A stretch of 64,000 nt of DNA. Origin: Trichoplax adhaerens. Taxonomy: Eukaryota > Animalia > Placozoa. The position numbers and the translations under genes were made by a program. The notes beneath the pieces are model-generated. The model was given only the letters and a program-made list of their open reading frames with translations, did no database searches and was not told where the DNA came from. This document shows, piece after piece, positions 1-16,700 of the stretch. Position 1 is the stretch's first letter; every line of letters begins with the position of its first letter. Location of the stretch: the NCBI RefSeq assembly GCF_000150275.1, contig NW_002060967.1, positions 558,001 through 622,000 on the forward strand. Reading direction: 5' to 3'.

Positions 1-82
1 GAACGTATTTGGTACTATTATTAATGATACATGAACTGTTTTACTAAATTAATTATAAATACTATAATAACTTTATTTCTAC

Positions 83-5712
<5,630 letters not shown>

Positions 5713-6182
5713 CTTGATGGAGTGGATTGAGCAAATGACGCAAGCGCACCTCCTTCCTTTGTACAGGTCACCCTTTGGGTGGCGTCTTGCTGTTTTTACC
5801 TTCACCCTCCAACCCCGAGTGAAGCCAAAGTGAATGAGACGTGATGACTGTATGAAGCGCTTCGTTCGTTTTCTATTTAATGGAAAGCTGCCTTGTCAGT
5901 CATCCATCCGCTCTTCCTGTCAGCTCAGTCTCATTGAACTACAGTTGACTACTGTATGGGTATTCGATTTATTTTCTCCTCAATCGAAAGCGGCCTTCGA
6001 TCTGTCCAGTCTTCTGTCCTTCATGAAATTCGACGTTGATCCGATCCGGTTCTGCTCCGGGCCTCGGTCCGCAGAGGTACAGTGCAAAGTACTGACTGGT
6101 CTGACGAGAGCTACTGTACACTGTACACTGTACTCTCCAAGTCTCTAGTCTGGACGGAGAAGAAGTTTTGCTGATGTCGGTG

Positions 6183-7426
6183 CAAGCAAATGTCGAAAAA
6201 TTGAGAAAATTTGCGAGTTTGTGCAATTGATTTTCCATTTTCAATTCAATTTTATACCACAACGAAAGAGAACGAGTTGATTGACAAGATTCCGTCGTCG
6301 AACTATCAGTGCAGTACTCAGTGTACGCACTGTACAGTACTGTACTGTATTGACCCATCCTATTTCGTAGCATTTGTGCCTATAAAGGGAGTTGAATTTT
6401 GGGCAATTTTGGTACAAGCAATTGTAGAAAAGTGGCGAGCTGGTGCAATCAATTTTGCATTTTCAATGCAATTTTATACCAAACGAAACGGAATGAGTTG
6501 ATTGACAAGATTCCGTCGTCAAACTATCGATACAGTACTCAGTGTACGCACCGTACTGTATTGACCAATTCTATGTTGTAGCATTTGTGCCTATAAAGGG
6601 AGAAGAATTTATTTTTGGCGATTTTGATACATGCAAATGTAGGAAAGTGGCGAGCTTGTGCAATCGATTTTCCATTTTCAATGCAATTATATACCAAACG
6701 AAAGAGAACGAGTTGATTGACAAGATTCCGTCGTCAAATTATCAGTACAGTACTCAGTGTACGCACTGTACTGTATTGATCAATTCTATTTTGTAGCATT
6801 TATGCCTATAAAGGGAGTTGAATTTTGGGCAATTTTGGTACAAGCAATTGTAGAAAAATGGCGAGCTTGTGCAATCGATTTTCCACTCAATTTTATACCA
6901 AACGAAAGAGAATGAGTTGATTGACAAGACTCCATCGTCAAACTATCGGTGCAGTACTCAGTGTACGCACCGTACTGTATTGACCAATTCTATGTTGTAG
7001 CATTTGTGCCTATAATAAAGGGAGAACAATTTATTTTTGGCGATTTTGATACATGCAAATGTAGGAAAGTTGCGAGCTGGTGCAATCGATTTTCCATTTC
7101 AATTTTATACCAAACGAAAGAGAATGAGTTGATTGACAAGACTCCTTCGTCAAACTATCAGTACAGTACTCAGTGTATGCACTGTACTGTATTGACCAAT
7201 TCTATGTTGTAGCATTTGTGCCTATAAAGGGAGTTGAATTTTTGACAATTTTGGTACAAGCAATTGCAGAAAAGTGGCGAGCTTGTGCAATCGATTTTCC
7301 ATTTTCAATGCAATTTTATACCAAATGAAAGAGAATGAGTTGATTGACAAGACTCCTTCGTCAAACTATCAGTGCAGTACTCAGTCTACGTACTGGACTG
7401 TATTGACCAATTCTATTTTGTAGCAT
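6183..7426. repeat. Tandem array of ~6 units of ~210 bp with alternating A/B junction variants (~420-bp higher-order dimer)
   Basis: Recurrent gagttgattgacaaga..ccgtcgtcaaactatc..tacagtactcagtgtacgca. Junctions after cctataaa fall at ~6387 (A), 6598 (B), 6813 (A), 7020 (B) and 7229 (A). Confidence 0.95.
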
Positions 7427-7599
7427 GAGTAGCTAGGAATAACTTTATGACGAGACTAAACTGCTGTACTGGAAAGCTCCAAGCTGATTTTTTACTGACA
7501 GTACAGTATACTGAAGCAGCGTTCATTGCCATGGACATTGCACACTGTACACGAATAGTACTACGCTACTGTATACTGGGAATTGGGACAAAGTCGCTG

Positions 7600-8150
7600 T
7601 CATGGCGAGCCAGAGCATTGCAATGGAAGATCTTTGGAATCTGTCAGTCATGCTCTTGTTAGAAACTTGAGCTATGCAATGCCAACCCATGATTAACCCG
7701 CAGTCTAAAGCTGATAACTCTGGTACCAGCTATGCTGTACTCAAGAATAGAATTGTTCCTATCCATTGCACAGTATCTTAATCATTTGCCAGCTATTTTG
7801 CATCCAAGTCATTCTCCGCTCAGTAATGCAAAGAATCGTAGGTTCTCCTCCATTTCTATCATCGGTACTCTTCACAGTGAAGGCTTGCTTCCATGCTAAA
7901 CCATTCAGCATCAAATGTCCTAAGTCATAGAAGAAAAGTATCGGTTGTCTTGCATGATTGGGATTCAGTGCCCCTTCCTTGCTAGCCACAGTCATTTGCA
8001 TACAACTCGCTCTGCATTCCCACTGTTCATGAACAAGTAGCACTGCGCCTCCATGCTCAATTGCTCGTGTAGGAAATTAGATCGCTTTGCGGCGTCATAA
8101 TCGATCATGGATCGGTAACCTTCACTGTTCGCCACCGTCATTTTGCCTAC
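7600..8150 (-). pseudogene. Decayed coding relic paralogous to the N-terminal part of the intron-1 relic
   Basis: YRSMIDYD..HEQLSMEAQ..ILFFYDLGHLMLNGLAWK aligns with YNNLDYE..DEQLSIQQR..ILTYYDSVQPVSNGLKGK at ~4660-4920. The DNA atgctcaattgctc is shared at ~4817 and ~8053. Confidence 0.45.
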
Positions 8151-8334
8151 TCTGCACTTGGCTAAATGCCTTGAAGAAAATAAATCAATATCAATATAGG
8201 GTAATAATATTGTCATATTGATTAACTGTATACTAGTGTACACTGTACAGTATAGAGAGCACGAGACGGATATACGTACTACAGGACCTGAACCATTTCG
8301 AGAGCGAGTTCGGTAGTCCAAGCCCATCGTCAAC

Positions 8335-10054
8335 ATGCCTAAGAAAGGCCAAGCTAAAGGTAAACCTCCATCAAATGGAGAAAATGAAAGCAATCATTGC
8401 ATCTACCATTTTTTATAGTCTATAAAATAGACCAGCAAGATTGTCGTTTGACGAATGTAGTCATGGAATAGGGCTATCGTAATCAAATTGATAGGAGCTA
8501 TTTTTATTCTAGATTTACCTTTGCCTACATGACCAATTTTGGCCCTTGTTTGCAAGGATTGAATTAGGTCATGCAACGATCGTAGTTTTGTTATTTTACG
8601 ATCAGCCAACCACTGGAATAGCATGATACTACGCTACACTACTGTCGAAGTAATCATATTAAACGTAGATGGTATCAATCGAGTTGTTCAAACTCTTCAT
8701 ATCATAACATTGACTGCATGACAGACGTCATTGCCAATGCTACACAAGGTGTTTGGTTAATGAACGCAACCAGTTTAGTCGGTTGGCAACGCTGTGATGA
8801 ATGGCTTGAATTGAATTTGATATTGCATTTTGTGTATAGTCTATCTTATAAATAATAAATATGCTATTTCTACCCTGCATATATTTCATCAAGGCAAAGG
8901 GAGCTCATCCACTAGTGCAGCAGAATCAGCTACATCTTCCGATAAGAAAAAGGGCAAGAGTAAAGGTGGCACTGCTGTAAAGGTAAGCCTACGACAAGAA
9001 ACCTTGACAACGCTGCTACGCCATGGCATCATGATGCAGTAGCATTTGAGTGCATTCGATAAAATGGTCCGTAGTGTTTTATCGATGGCAGATACAGCGT
9101 GATTATTAGAATGGCTCTACTGACGGTGCTGTAAAATAGAAGATATCTGCAATTACGTATAGACTGAAGCTGGGCTGCTACCCATTGAAGGATGGTTCAT
9201 TGCATTCACATCTCTAAAATTAATTGACTATTACAAATACAGTAGTTCATTCCACTAGTACACCTTCAGTATTCTCTTATTATACGTACTAGGTTCGACA
9301 TATACTATGTGAAAAACACTCTAAAGTTATGGAAGCTATGGCCAAATTAAAGGAAGGAATTGCTTTCAATCAAGTAGCTACGCAATACAGTGAAGATAAA
9401 GCTAGACAAGGGGTAAGCAAGCAACACAAAATACAGCATAAGATAGTCTTGGACCTAGAACGGGCGATAATTACTGTAGTGTTACATAAATCTCGTTCAG
9501 TAAAAATAGATGGCAAATTTTTAGTAAATAGTTGTAAGTAATCAAGATATTGATAGTCTTACTTGTTATACTAGGGTGATCTAGGATGGATGACTCGGGG
9601 ATCAATGGTAATAAGTTTGCTATACTTACACTTAAATTAGGCATTGCTGTCATGATAACAGTTGTTGTACTTATCTAATCCGTTGTTGCAATGCAGAAAT
9701 GTACTTTAGCCGATTGTCATCTTTTTCTTTGGCATTGTGAATCATTGAATCGAATGAATAACCTAATTAAAATTGCACTGTGGCTACAAAACCATTTTAA
9801 CTTGCAGCCTAATTACTTTTCTTTTGCATGATTGAGGAAATAACGCAACATGTAGAATTATAATGTCTAATAGATATGGTAGCTTTCTGTATATCTTTCT
9901 AAGCAATCTTCTGCATGTAACTGCTTAGGTTGGACCATTTCAAGAAGCTGCCTTTAACTTGGAACCTAGCACGGTAGCCAGTCCATCATATACAGACCCA
10001 CCAGTTAAAACTAAATTTGGTTACCATATCATTATGATTGAAGGGAAAAAGTAG
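8335..10054 (+). CDS. PIN4: Peptidyl-prolyl cis-trans isomerase NIMA-interacting 4 (parvulin-14); 5 exons
   Basis: Exons 8335-8359, 8894-8982, 9293-9412, 9575-9607 and 9929-10054 splice in frame: [11 protein letters not shown]...[84 protein letters not shown]. Confidence 0.97.
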
Positions 10055-11496
10055 AATAACTACATGAGTGCTAAATTTAGGCACGTCTTTTTTAAGCGTT
10101 GTATATATATCGTAAGATATTATTTGTAAGCAGTCACGATGTGTTCATTTCTATAACGCAATATCTTGTAAAATCATGGTAGCGTCAATTTCAATACCAC
10201 ACAAATTTAGAGATGTTTGGTTTATTATTGCCGCCATGGCATGGATGCTGGCACAGTGAGATAATGTTGATATGCGAGAAGACGGATATGGTGGCTATTC
10301 TACTTTACCTTCCGAAATTGAGGAATAATTGACGTTGACATAGACGATGCTAAAATGTGTGGTACAACCGAGAACACAAAAATAGTATTTATTTTGATAT
10401 CAACGCCTCAAAATAGGCTTCCCAATAGAGTAGAAGATGAAAACTATCCCTTATTGGAAATATTTCTATTTAGGATTTTATTGAACTAGATTAAAAAGAA
10501 TAAATGATTACAACGTTCAGGATCAACTCTAATAAATTGATATTATGCCATTTTACTCTAAAGTTTATATACGTGTATTTCTTCGTCGCATCAAAGCTTC
10601 TATTTCTGTCTTTCCATATGGAAAGATTGAATGTATTTTTCAATTGTTGGCAAGACTACAACGTTAGATTAAAATATCTAGCTAATTTCTACTAAGACCA
10701 CTTTACAGTTTTGAGAGAGGAATAAATAACGAGTGGGATAATATCATCTCTGTAACTTCTCGATGAAATGTTTCAGCCAGTGTTTGAATATCTGCCAGAT
10801 CCAATTTAATGTACTAAAATACGAAAGTTAGGAGTTAATACCTCAAGCCATTTCGTATCTAACCTGAGTCATGGATTTTCTATAGAGTGTATTACTATAA
10901 AGTTTTAGAAAAATTATGTCTGCTATAATTTCCCTATCAAGATCGCGCTAAAGGTTACATGCTCATCGTTAAAATGCCATATTAGTATCACAACGCCCTA
11001 TTGCAAACTATCATGCTATTGACTATATTTATTGTTCGATGATATACCCTTTACGCGTGCTAAAATTAGAAATTTTATTAATAAAAAAGGCTAATTTTTA
11101 TCGATACAAGATACAGCTGAATAATGAATCATTAAGAGAGTGAGCATAACAATGTAGTAAACTGTTATTTAAACTGAACGTGAGAATTTTAATATTGTGG
11201 TTATATCCTGCCAAATAAATATCTCCAAGTAGCAGCATTAACAAAAATTGAGTAAAAGTATATTCAAATATCTCCTTTAAAGTTTGGTAGTTAAGATACA
11301 GAATCAATCAATTCTATTACTTATCAACATAAAATAGGTTCAATTAACAATAATTATAATTATCAGAAAATGCCCTGTTGGGTTGATATCTGACCTCTTT
11401 TGTAGATCCCTTGAGGAAAGTTGTTTTATTACAGTAGTTGATTTTGATCACTTTTTAAAGCTTTTCGTTACATGAATTAGTTAAAAGCATTATACT

Positions 11497-11831
11497 TTTG
11501 TCTTTAAGTGCAGTAAAATCATATTAAGTTATTAGTAGCAAATTGTGCCTAGTAAACACAACAAGAACGTAGCTTCCATTTTATACTTTTAGCAGATTTT
11601 GAGAAGCAGCCAGTAGAAACATAGATAAATAGGAACATTCAAACTGAAATATAAGTTAATATTTTTGTCTTTTCAAGTGCAGTAAAATCATTCTTTCAAG
11701 TTATTATTAACAGATTATGCCTGGTTAGCACAACAAAGAAGTAGCTTCTATTTCATCATTTTTAGTAGATTCAAGAAGCAGCTAGCAGAAACATAAATAA
11801 ATAGAAATATTCAAATTGAAATATAAGTTGA
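11497..11831. repeat. Two diverged tandem copies of a ~167-bp unit
   Basis: ttgtcttt..aagtgcagtaaaatcat...agaagcagc.ag.agaaacata.ataaatag...tgaaatataagtt occurs at ~11497-11660 and ~11662-11831. Confidence 0.8.
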
Positions 11832-12106
11832 AAAAGGTACTATTTGACAATGGAAAGGAAATAGCAAGAAAAAACGTTTTAAACATAGGATAGTAATGAA
11901 TAGCTCGCAGTCGTTTCAGGAAAACAAATAAGATGATTCATTGCTATCGTCATATTAGCTGTAAAATGATTAAAATGATTCATTGCTGTATTATTAGACT
12001 AAACATGGTACCAATTGGAGAATCTAATTAAAATGAGATTGAATAGTGATAGTCACAATTCTATTATACCTAAAGTGATCCGTACTTGTAATTTATTTAA
12101 TATAGC

Positions 12107-12448
12107 AATGAAATGCAAGACTAACAGTAAGTAAAATCATTTCAGAATGATAACATCTGTGATCGCCATTCTATCAAGGTTATTCTGCATAGTTGTAGTA
12201 AGCTAATACACCCATCAAATAACTCCCTTGGATAAGAGTACATTACTCAAAGCAATTACCTAGATAGTCCCCACGTCGGGCCAATTGGTATAATCCTATT
12301 GAGGTAAGCTTATGACTTCAACAAGAATTCTACAGCCATAATTATGATTTCGTGGAAGCCATTTGGGTAATGGATATCTGTTGAACTGATAAACACGTAC
12401 AGGTACGAAGTACTTGCACTCGCGCTCTTTTACATAGGAAGACTTGAA
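12107..12448 (-). repeat. Diverged tandem duplicate of the GPCR C-terminal tail and 3' flank (source ~12456-12749)
   Basis: Shared blocks attctgcatagttgta, ggccaattgg, tgaggtaag, ggtaatggata, ctgataaaca and gtacttgcact.gcgctctttt..ataggaagacttga. The copy has a stop (LPM*KSASAS) and an indel. Confidence 0.8.
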
Positions 12449-12656
12449 TTATAGAAATGAAGTAGAAGACTAAATAAAATCATTTTATAATGGTAAGATC
12501 CATAGCCTCCATTCTACCATGATAATTCTGCATAGTTGTATGCTTTGAATTAGAGTACATTTATTCGAAGTGGTTACACAGAAAGCTCAAATGCCAGGCC
12601 AATTGGAATACCCATGCTGAGGTAAGATTGTGACTTTGGGAATTCTTCTACCGTAA

Positions 12657-13763
12657 TCATGATTCCGGTATGGTTATTTTGGTAATGGATACTTGCTGTG
12701 CTGATAAACATGTACTTGCACTGGCGCTCTTTTTTATAGGAAGACTTGATCTTGGCGATTGCACAGGGGTAGAACCCACACGATGTCGACGACGTGGTAA
12801 ATCTTTTGTAGGTCGATTACAAGACAAGTATCGATGGATAAATAACTTTAGTTTCCGTCGTAAGATACCATTAGTAAGTGTATATAATATAGGATTAACT
12901 GCCGTATTTAAGAACGTAAGTAAATAAACCATTCTCTGAGTAGAAGGTGGTAAGAATTGGTTTTGTGTTGGAGCAGACGATTCCGCGATGGCGAGTACCA
13001 ATAATGGTACCCAACATAACATATTAGTGCCAACAATTAAAGATGTCGTTCTAATAGATTTTTTCAGATTTCGATCTTGAAAGTAACCAGCTACATTTTT
13101 ACTGTAAGCAACAATAAAAATAACAATGTAACAAGTGATAGTTACGCTAACACCAACGATTAAATAACTACTAACAACATAACCATAGACATAATTGGTT
13201 GTGTTGACTCCTTTGACATCTAAATTACACAAGACACTAAATCGATACCCATTTAAACCCACAATTTTGCCTAGTAATGGCATAGTAGCATAGCAAAAAG
13301 GAACAAGCCATGCTAGAACAATTTGAAAGATGGCTTTGTTGACGGTCATTCTCGAACGATAAAAGAACGGATTAGTGACTGCGATACAGCGATCAATGCT
13401 AATAAGAGCAGTGGTAAAAAGTGAAGTACCCATAATCCAAATCAGGAGAAAGCCTTGAAAATTACATAGTCCTTGTGATAATTGATTATATACGTAGCAC
13501 ATATTGGTTACAATAATGCTTGGCAAGACTAACAGCGCACTAATTAAATCCGTCACGGCTAAATTGGCAATAAATAGTGTATCTACATCTTGTTTTAATG
13601 ATGTCCGACAGACGATGGTTAAGCAGAAAGTGTTACCTAAACCAGACACGATCATAATGATCACAGCTCCTGGAATAAAGTAATATGTAAAAGCATTAGA
13701 TGGTTGCCATTGATCCAATGTAGTAGCTTCCGTACTGACATTGGTAGTAGTGAGATCAATCAT
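12657..13763 (-). CDS. Intronless rhodopsin-like (class A) orphan GPCR, 368 aa
   Basis: Seven hydrophobic segments with GN (TM1), NLAVTD (TM2), SIDRC (DRY variant), W in TM4, CWVP (TM6) and NPILY (TM7). N-terminal NVS sequon. Confidence 0.93.
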   Translation of the reverse strand: MIDLTTTNVSTEATTLDQWQPSNAFTYYFIPGAVIIMIVSGLGNTFCLTIVCRTSLKQDVDTLFIANLAVTDLISALLVLPSIIVTNMCYVYNQLSQGLCNFQGFLLIWIMGTSLFTTALISIDRCIAVTNPFFYRSRMTVNKAIFQIVLAWLVPFCYATMPLLGKIVGLNGYRFSVLCNLDVKGVNTTNYVYGYVVSSYLIVGVSVTITCYIVIFIVAYSKNVAGYFQDRNLKKSIRTTSLIVGTNMLCWVPLLVLAIAESSAPTQNQFLPPSTQRMVYLLTFLNTAVNPILYTLTNGILRRKLKLFIHRYLSCNRPTKDLPRRRHRVGSTPVQSPRSSLPIKKSASASTCLSAQQVSITKITIPES

Positions 13764-16700
13764 GATGGAGTTGGAATAAAATGATTCCAGATGAATACCA
13801 CCCTAGGTAAAGACTACTGAGTCTTACGGTATTTTGACAATACTTGGCAAGGACCAAAAAAATAGTTATGATCGCGCTGCATAACCAGCGCATAAGGAGC
13901 AGTAAAGTAATATTTTCTCCGTTATTGTTCTATTCAGTTTACTCTTTTAGTAGTGTTGCCGACTAGAAAGCAAAAAGAAGAAATTAAACTACTGCTATCA
14001 TTAGAAATCTCAATGTTATCTGTACTAAACTAACCAACAACATAAATATATAAATATATATATTATATGATAGATATAACTGCTACATTCATAGGTAACA
14101 ACGTGAAAAATTCAAATTCTTCTCCAACTAGAAATCTCGATAGCATCTGCACTAATTCAAGCAATACGATGTAAAAAAAGTGCAAATAGCGCTAAAAATT
14201 TAAGAGTTATTACCACAACGAAATTAAAGATAAAAAATAGGAAAAGTGCATACTTAGTTATGGCTCCTACTTTGCAAATACTGTAAATGACAAGAAGAAA
14301 TTTCGATATGATCTGTACTCATCTCAGCAATTACATTAAAAAAAAAATGGATCGGATAACGATGGCTGTATTACAAAAGTTTCGCACCAAGAAAGCCGGA
14401 ATTATTGTTGAATCTCGACAAAGTAATTTAAGACTAGAAGAAGATTTCACACTATTGCGTTGAAGTGCAAATCGAACACTGTTTATATGGCAAAATTTTC
14501 AAAATTTAACGTTAGAAAAGTATTACCAATACAACATAGAGATCGCTTTTATTTGTATTATCGCCAAGGTATGATTATTACCATGATATCATTGGACTTG
14601 GAGACCTGTGATGGGGATACTACTAATTTTGTTTTACAGCGGTAGTTATAGTCTTACGATGAAAAAGCAATTTATAGATGGAGTTACTGTCTTATACTGA
14701 GAGTTTGTTTGACTTTATTTACAGATTGATATTATTCAATTTCCAAATAAGCACCTGTACCATGTCAACAAGAAAATTTTTTTACTCGTAATTGCTACTC
14801 AAAGAATATATTGCTACAATACAAAGCATAGTTGCTTTAAAAGAGTTTAAGTAGCGTATGAGTTAAGGTACGCTAAATGCAAGTAAAGGAATAGATCGTA
14901 TCGAATATCGATGTCAGCAAAGCTTGCAATTTACTAATTTTGATGTTATGGGATGTTAATATTAATTAATCCTAAATAAAAGTGGATACTACTATGGCTT
15001 ATTTTAACGCAACTGGAAAATGACATTTCCAAAATCCTAAATGAAAGACTGTCTTGCTGTATGTGTATCTTATGGAATTTGAATTGCTGCTCATGTAGGA
15101 CAAATCAATGAGTCTTCCATTAGATTAGAATTCCGTATAAACTTACTGAATAAATGTATTATTCTATCCCTTCTATAGTAAAGAGTAGCACCCTTGCTTT
15201 TCATTTACCCTAGTCGGAAACCTTATGCACAATTTGCTCACTGTGAACGACATTCTTTGGGCAACGAATATCGGTTTTACTTTGGATCAGCGAATTGATG
15301 GAGATAATACTGTATATCAGTATTATCGGAACAGAAATATCGAATTACTTTCGGTGTTGAATGTCAGATACCAATTTTAATCATGATTTAATATCACATA
15401 ATATCCCACTCGATGTTGTCTACGTGAGCGTGAAAACATAAACAAGACTTAATATATTGCCGGCACAAATTCGTAGATATTCAATACTGGTATTGTTCAT
15501 ATTCTTATAAATAACAAACATTTATTACTATTGAGTGATGTATATATATTATAAATGAATGAGGATGCTAACCCAATCGATTTCGATGGAACGAAAATCG
15601 GGCTTTAGAATCGTATTAATTATGTCGGAAATGGAGAGGTACCGGTATAGAAAGGTCAACTACGGTGGAATAAATCGGTCAAGCCCTTGTATATTGTATT
15701 GTATCAATTTGCATGATAGAACAAGCTTAAAAACTAGCTATAAACACTTGAAAACTGTTGGACGTGATGGTAAATAGGCTATTTAAAATAGCCATTTCAT
15801 ATCATACAAAAAAAATTGTAAAGGTAAAGAGTCAACATTATAAATGGTTAATAAATTAAATAAGTCAAGTTGATTGTATCCAAAATGTATTATTTCAAAT
15901 TAGACGTTCTCTTCACGATACTATAAGGAAACAAGAATCAATAATTAATTAAAGAACATTACAATGGCCAGACTAAATTTATCTTCGTAGTTCTTTTAGT
16001 GAATTGAAAGAAGATATAAAACCATCAACTATTCCCTACGGTGATCGCTACGGTACCATTTAGGTGTACGAAAATGATAGTGTTATATTTTATTAAACAG
16101 ATCATTAAGAGAAGAAAAATACAGCTACATAATGCAACCTCTATCGTTTGGGGTGAAATTAAGCTGTTTATTATTTGTGTTGGTTTTGCTTACTATTTGA
16201 CCTAGATGAATATCTAGTACTGCCAGTTCAAGATGGATTGCCTTCTTTTTATAGATTGAGTTGTCTATAATACACTGGTATGGTTATTTTAATTTTAGAG
16301 AAAGAGCTAAGATTCTAAATGCTATCCTGATGTTGAGTATTCGATTGGTAAAACTATCATGCCTATAAAAGAAAAGCATGTAAATGAATGCTATCGACTT
16401 TATCTTTTTAAGGAAAATCGATTGCAATATTTGAATTTTATGTTGCTCAGTGAGAAAATGCGATATTGCTATTAATTATTTTTAATAAAGTCAGTAAATT
16501 GCAATAGTCAAGCTCCTGTTGCCATGCGGATATTTTAAAAGTCTTAATTAAATCAACATCATTTTATAACATAGAATAGATTATTTCTTGGCTGTTGGCT
16601 CTAGATTTGTTGCTATGATCTACTAACTGATTTCATTAATGCAATTCTAATAAATTAGATTACAATAGAGTTTACGGCTGATCTAGACGACAAATTAATA

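Noticed and set aside
5834-7212. Several 60-134 aa ORFs over the ATG16L1 upstream region and 210-bp array
   Set aside because: They are translations of the tandem repeat in shifting frames, with no protein motifs.
6183-7426. CRISPR-like periodicity
   Set aside because: Whole units are repeated with no unique spacers, the context is eukaryotic, and there are no cas genes.
10500-11430. Exon-like minus-strand fragments (e.g. YIKLDLADIQTLAETFHREVTEM)
   Set aside because: They could not be joined into a stop-free model and match no family I recognise.
12657-13763. Opsin assignment for the orphan GPCR
   Set aside because: The position equivalent to the retinal-binding Lys in TM7 is Phe (TFLNTAVNPILY). 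No ligand class can be assigned by eye.
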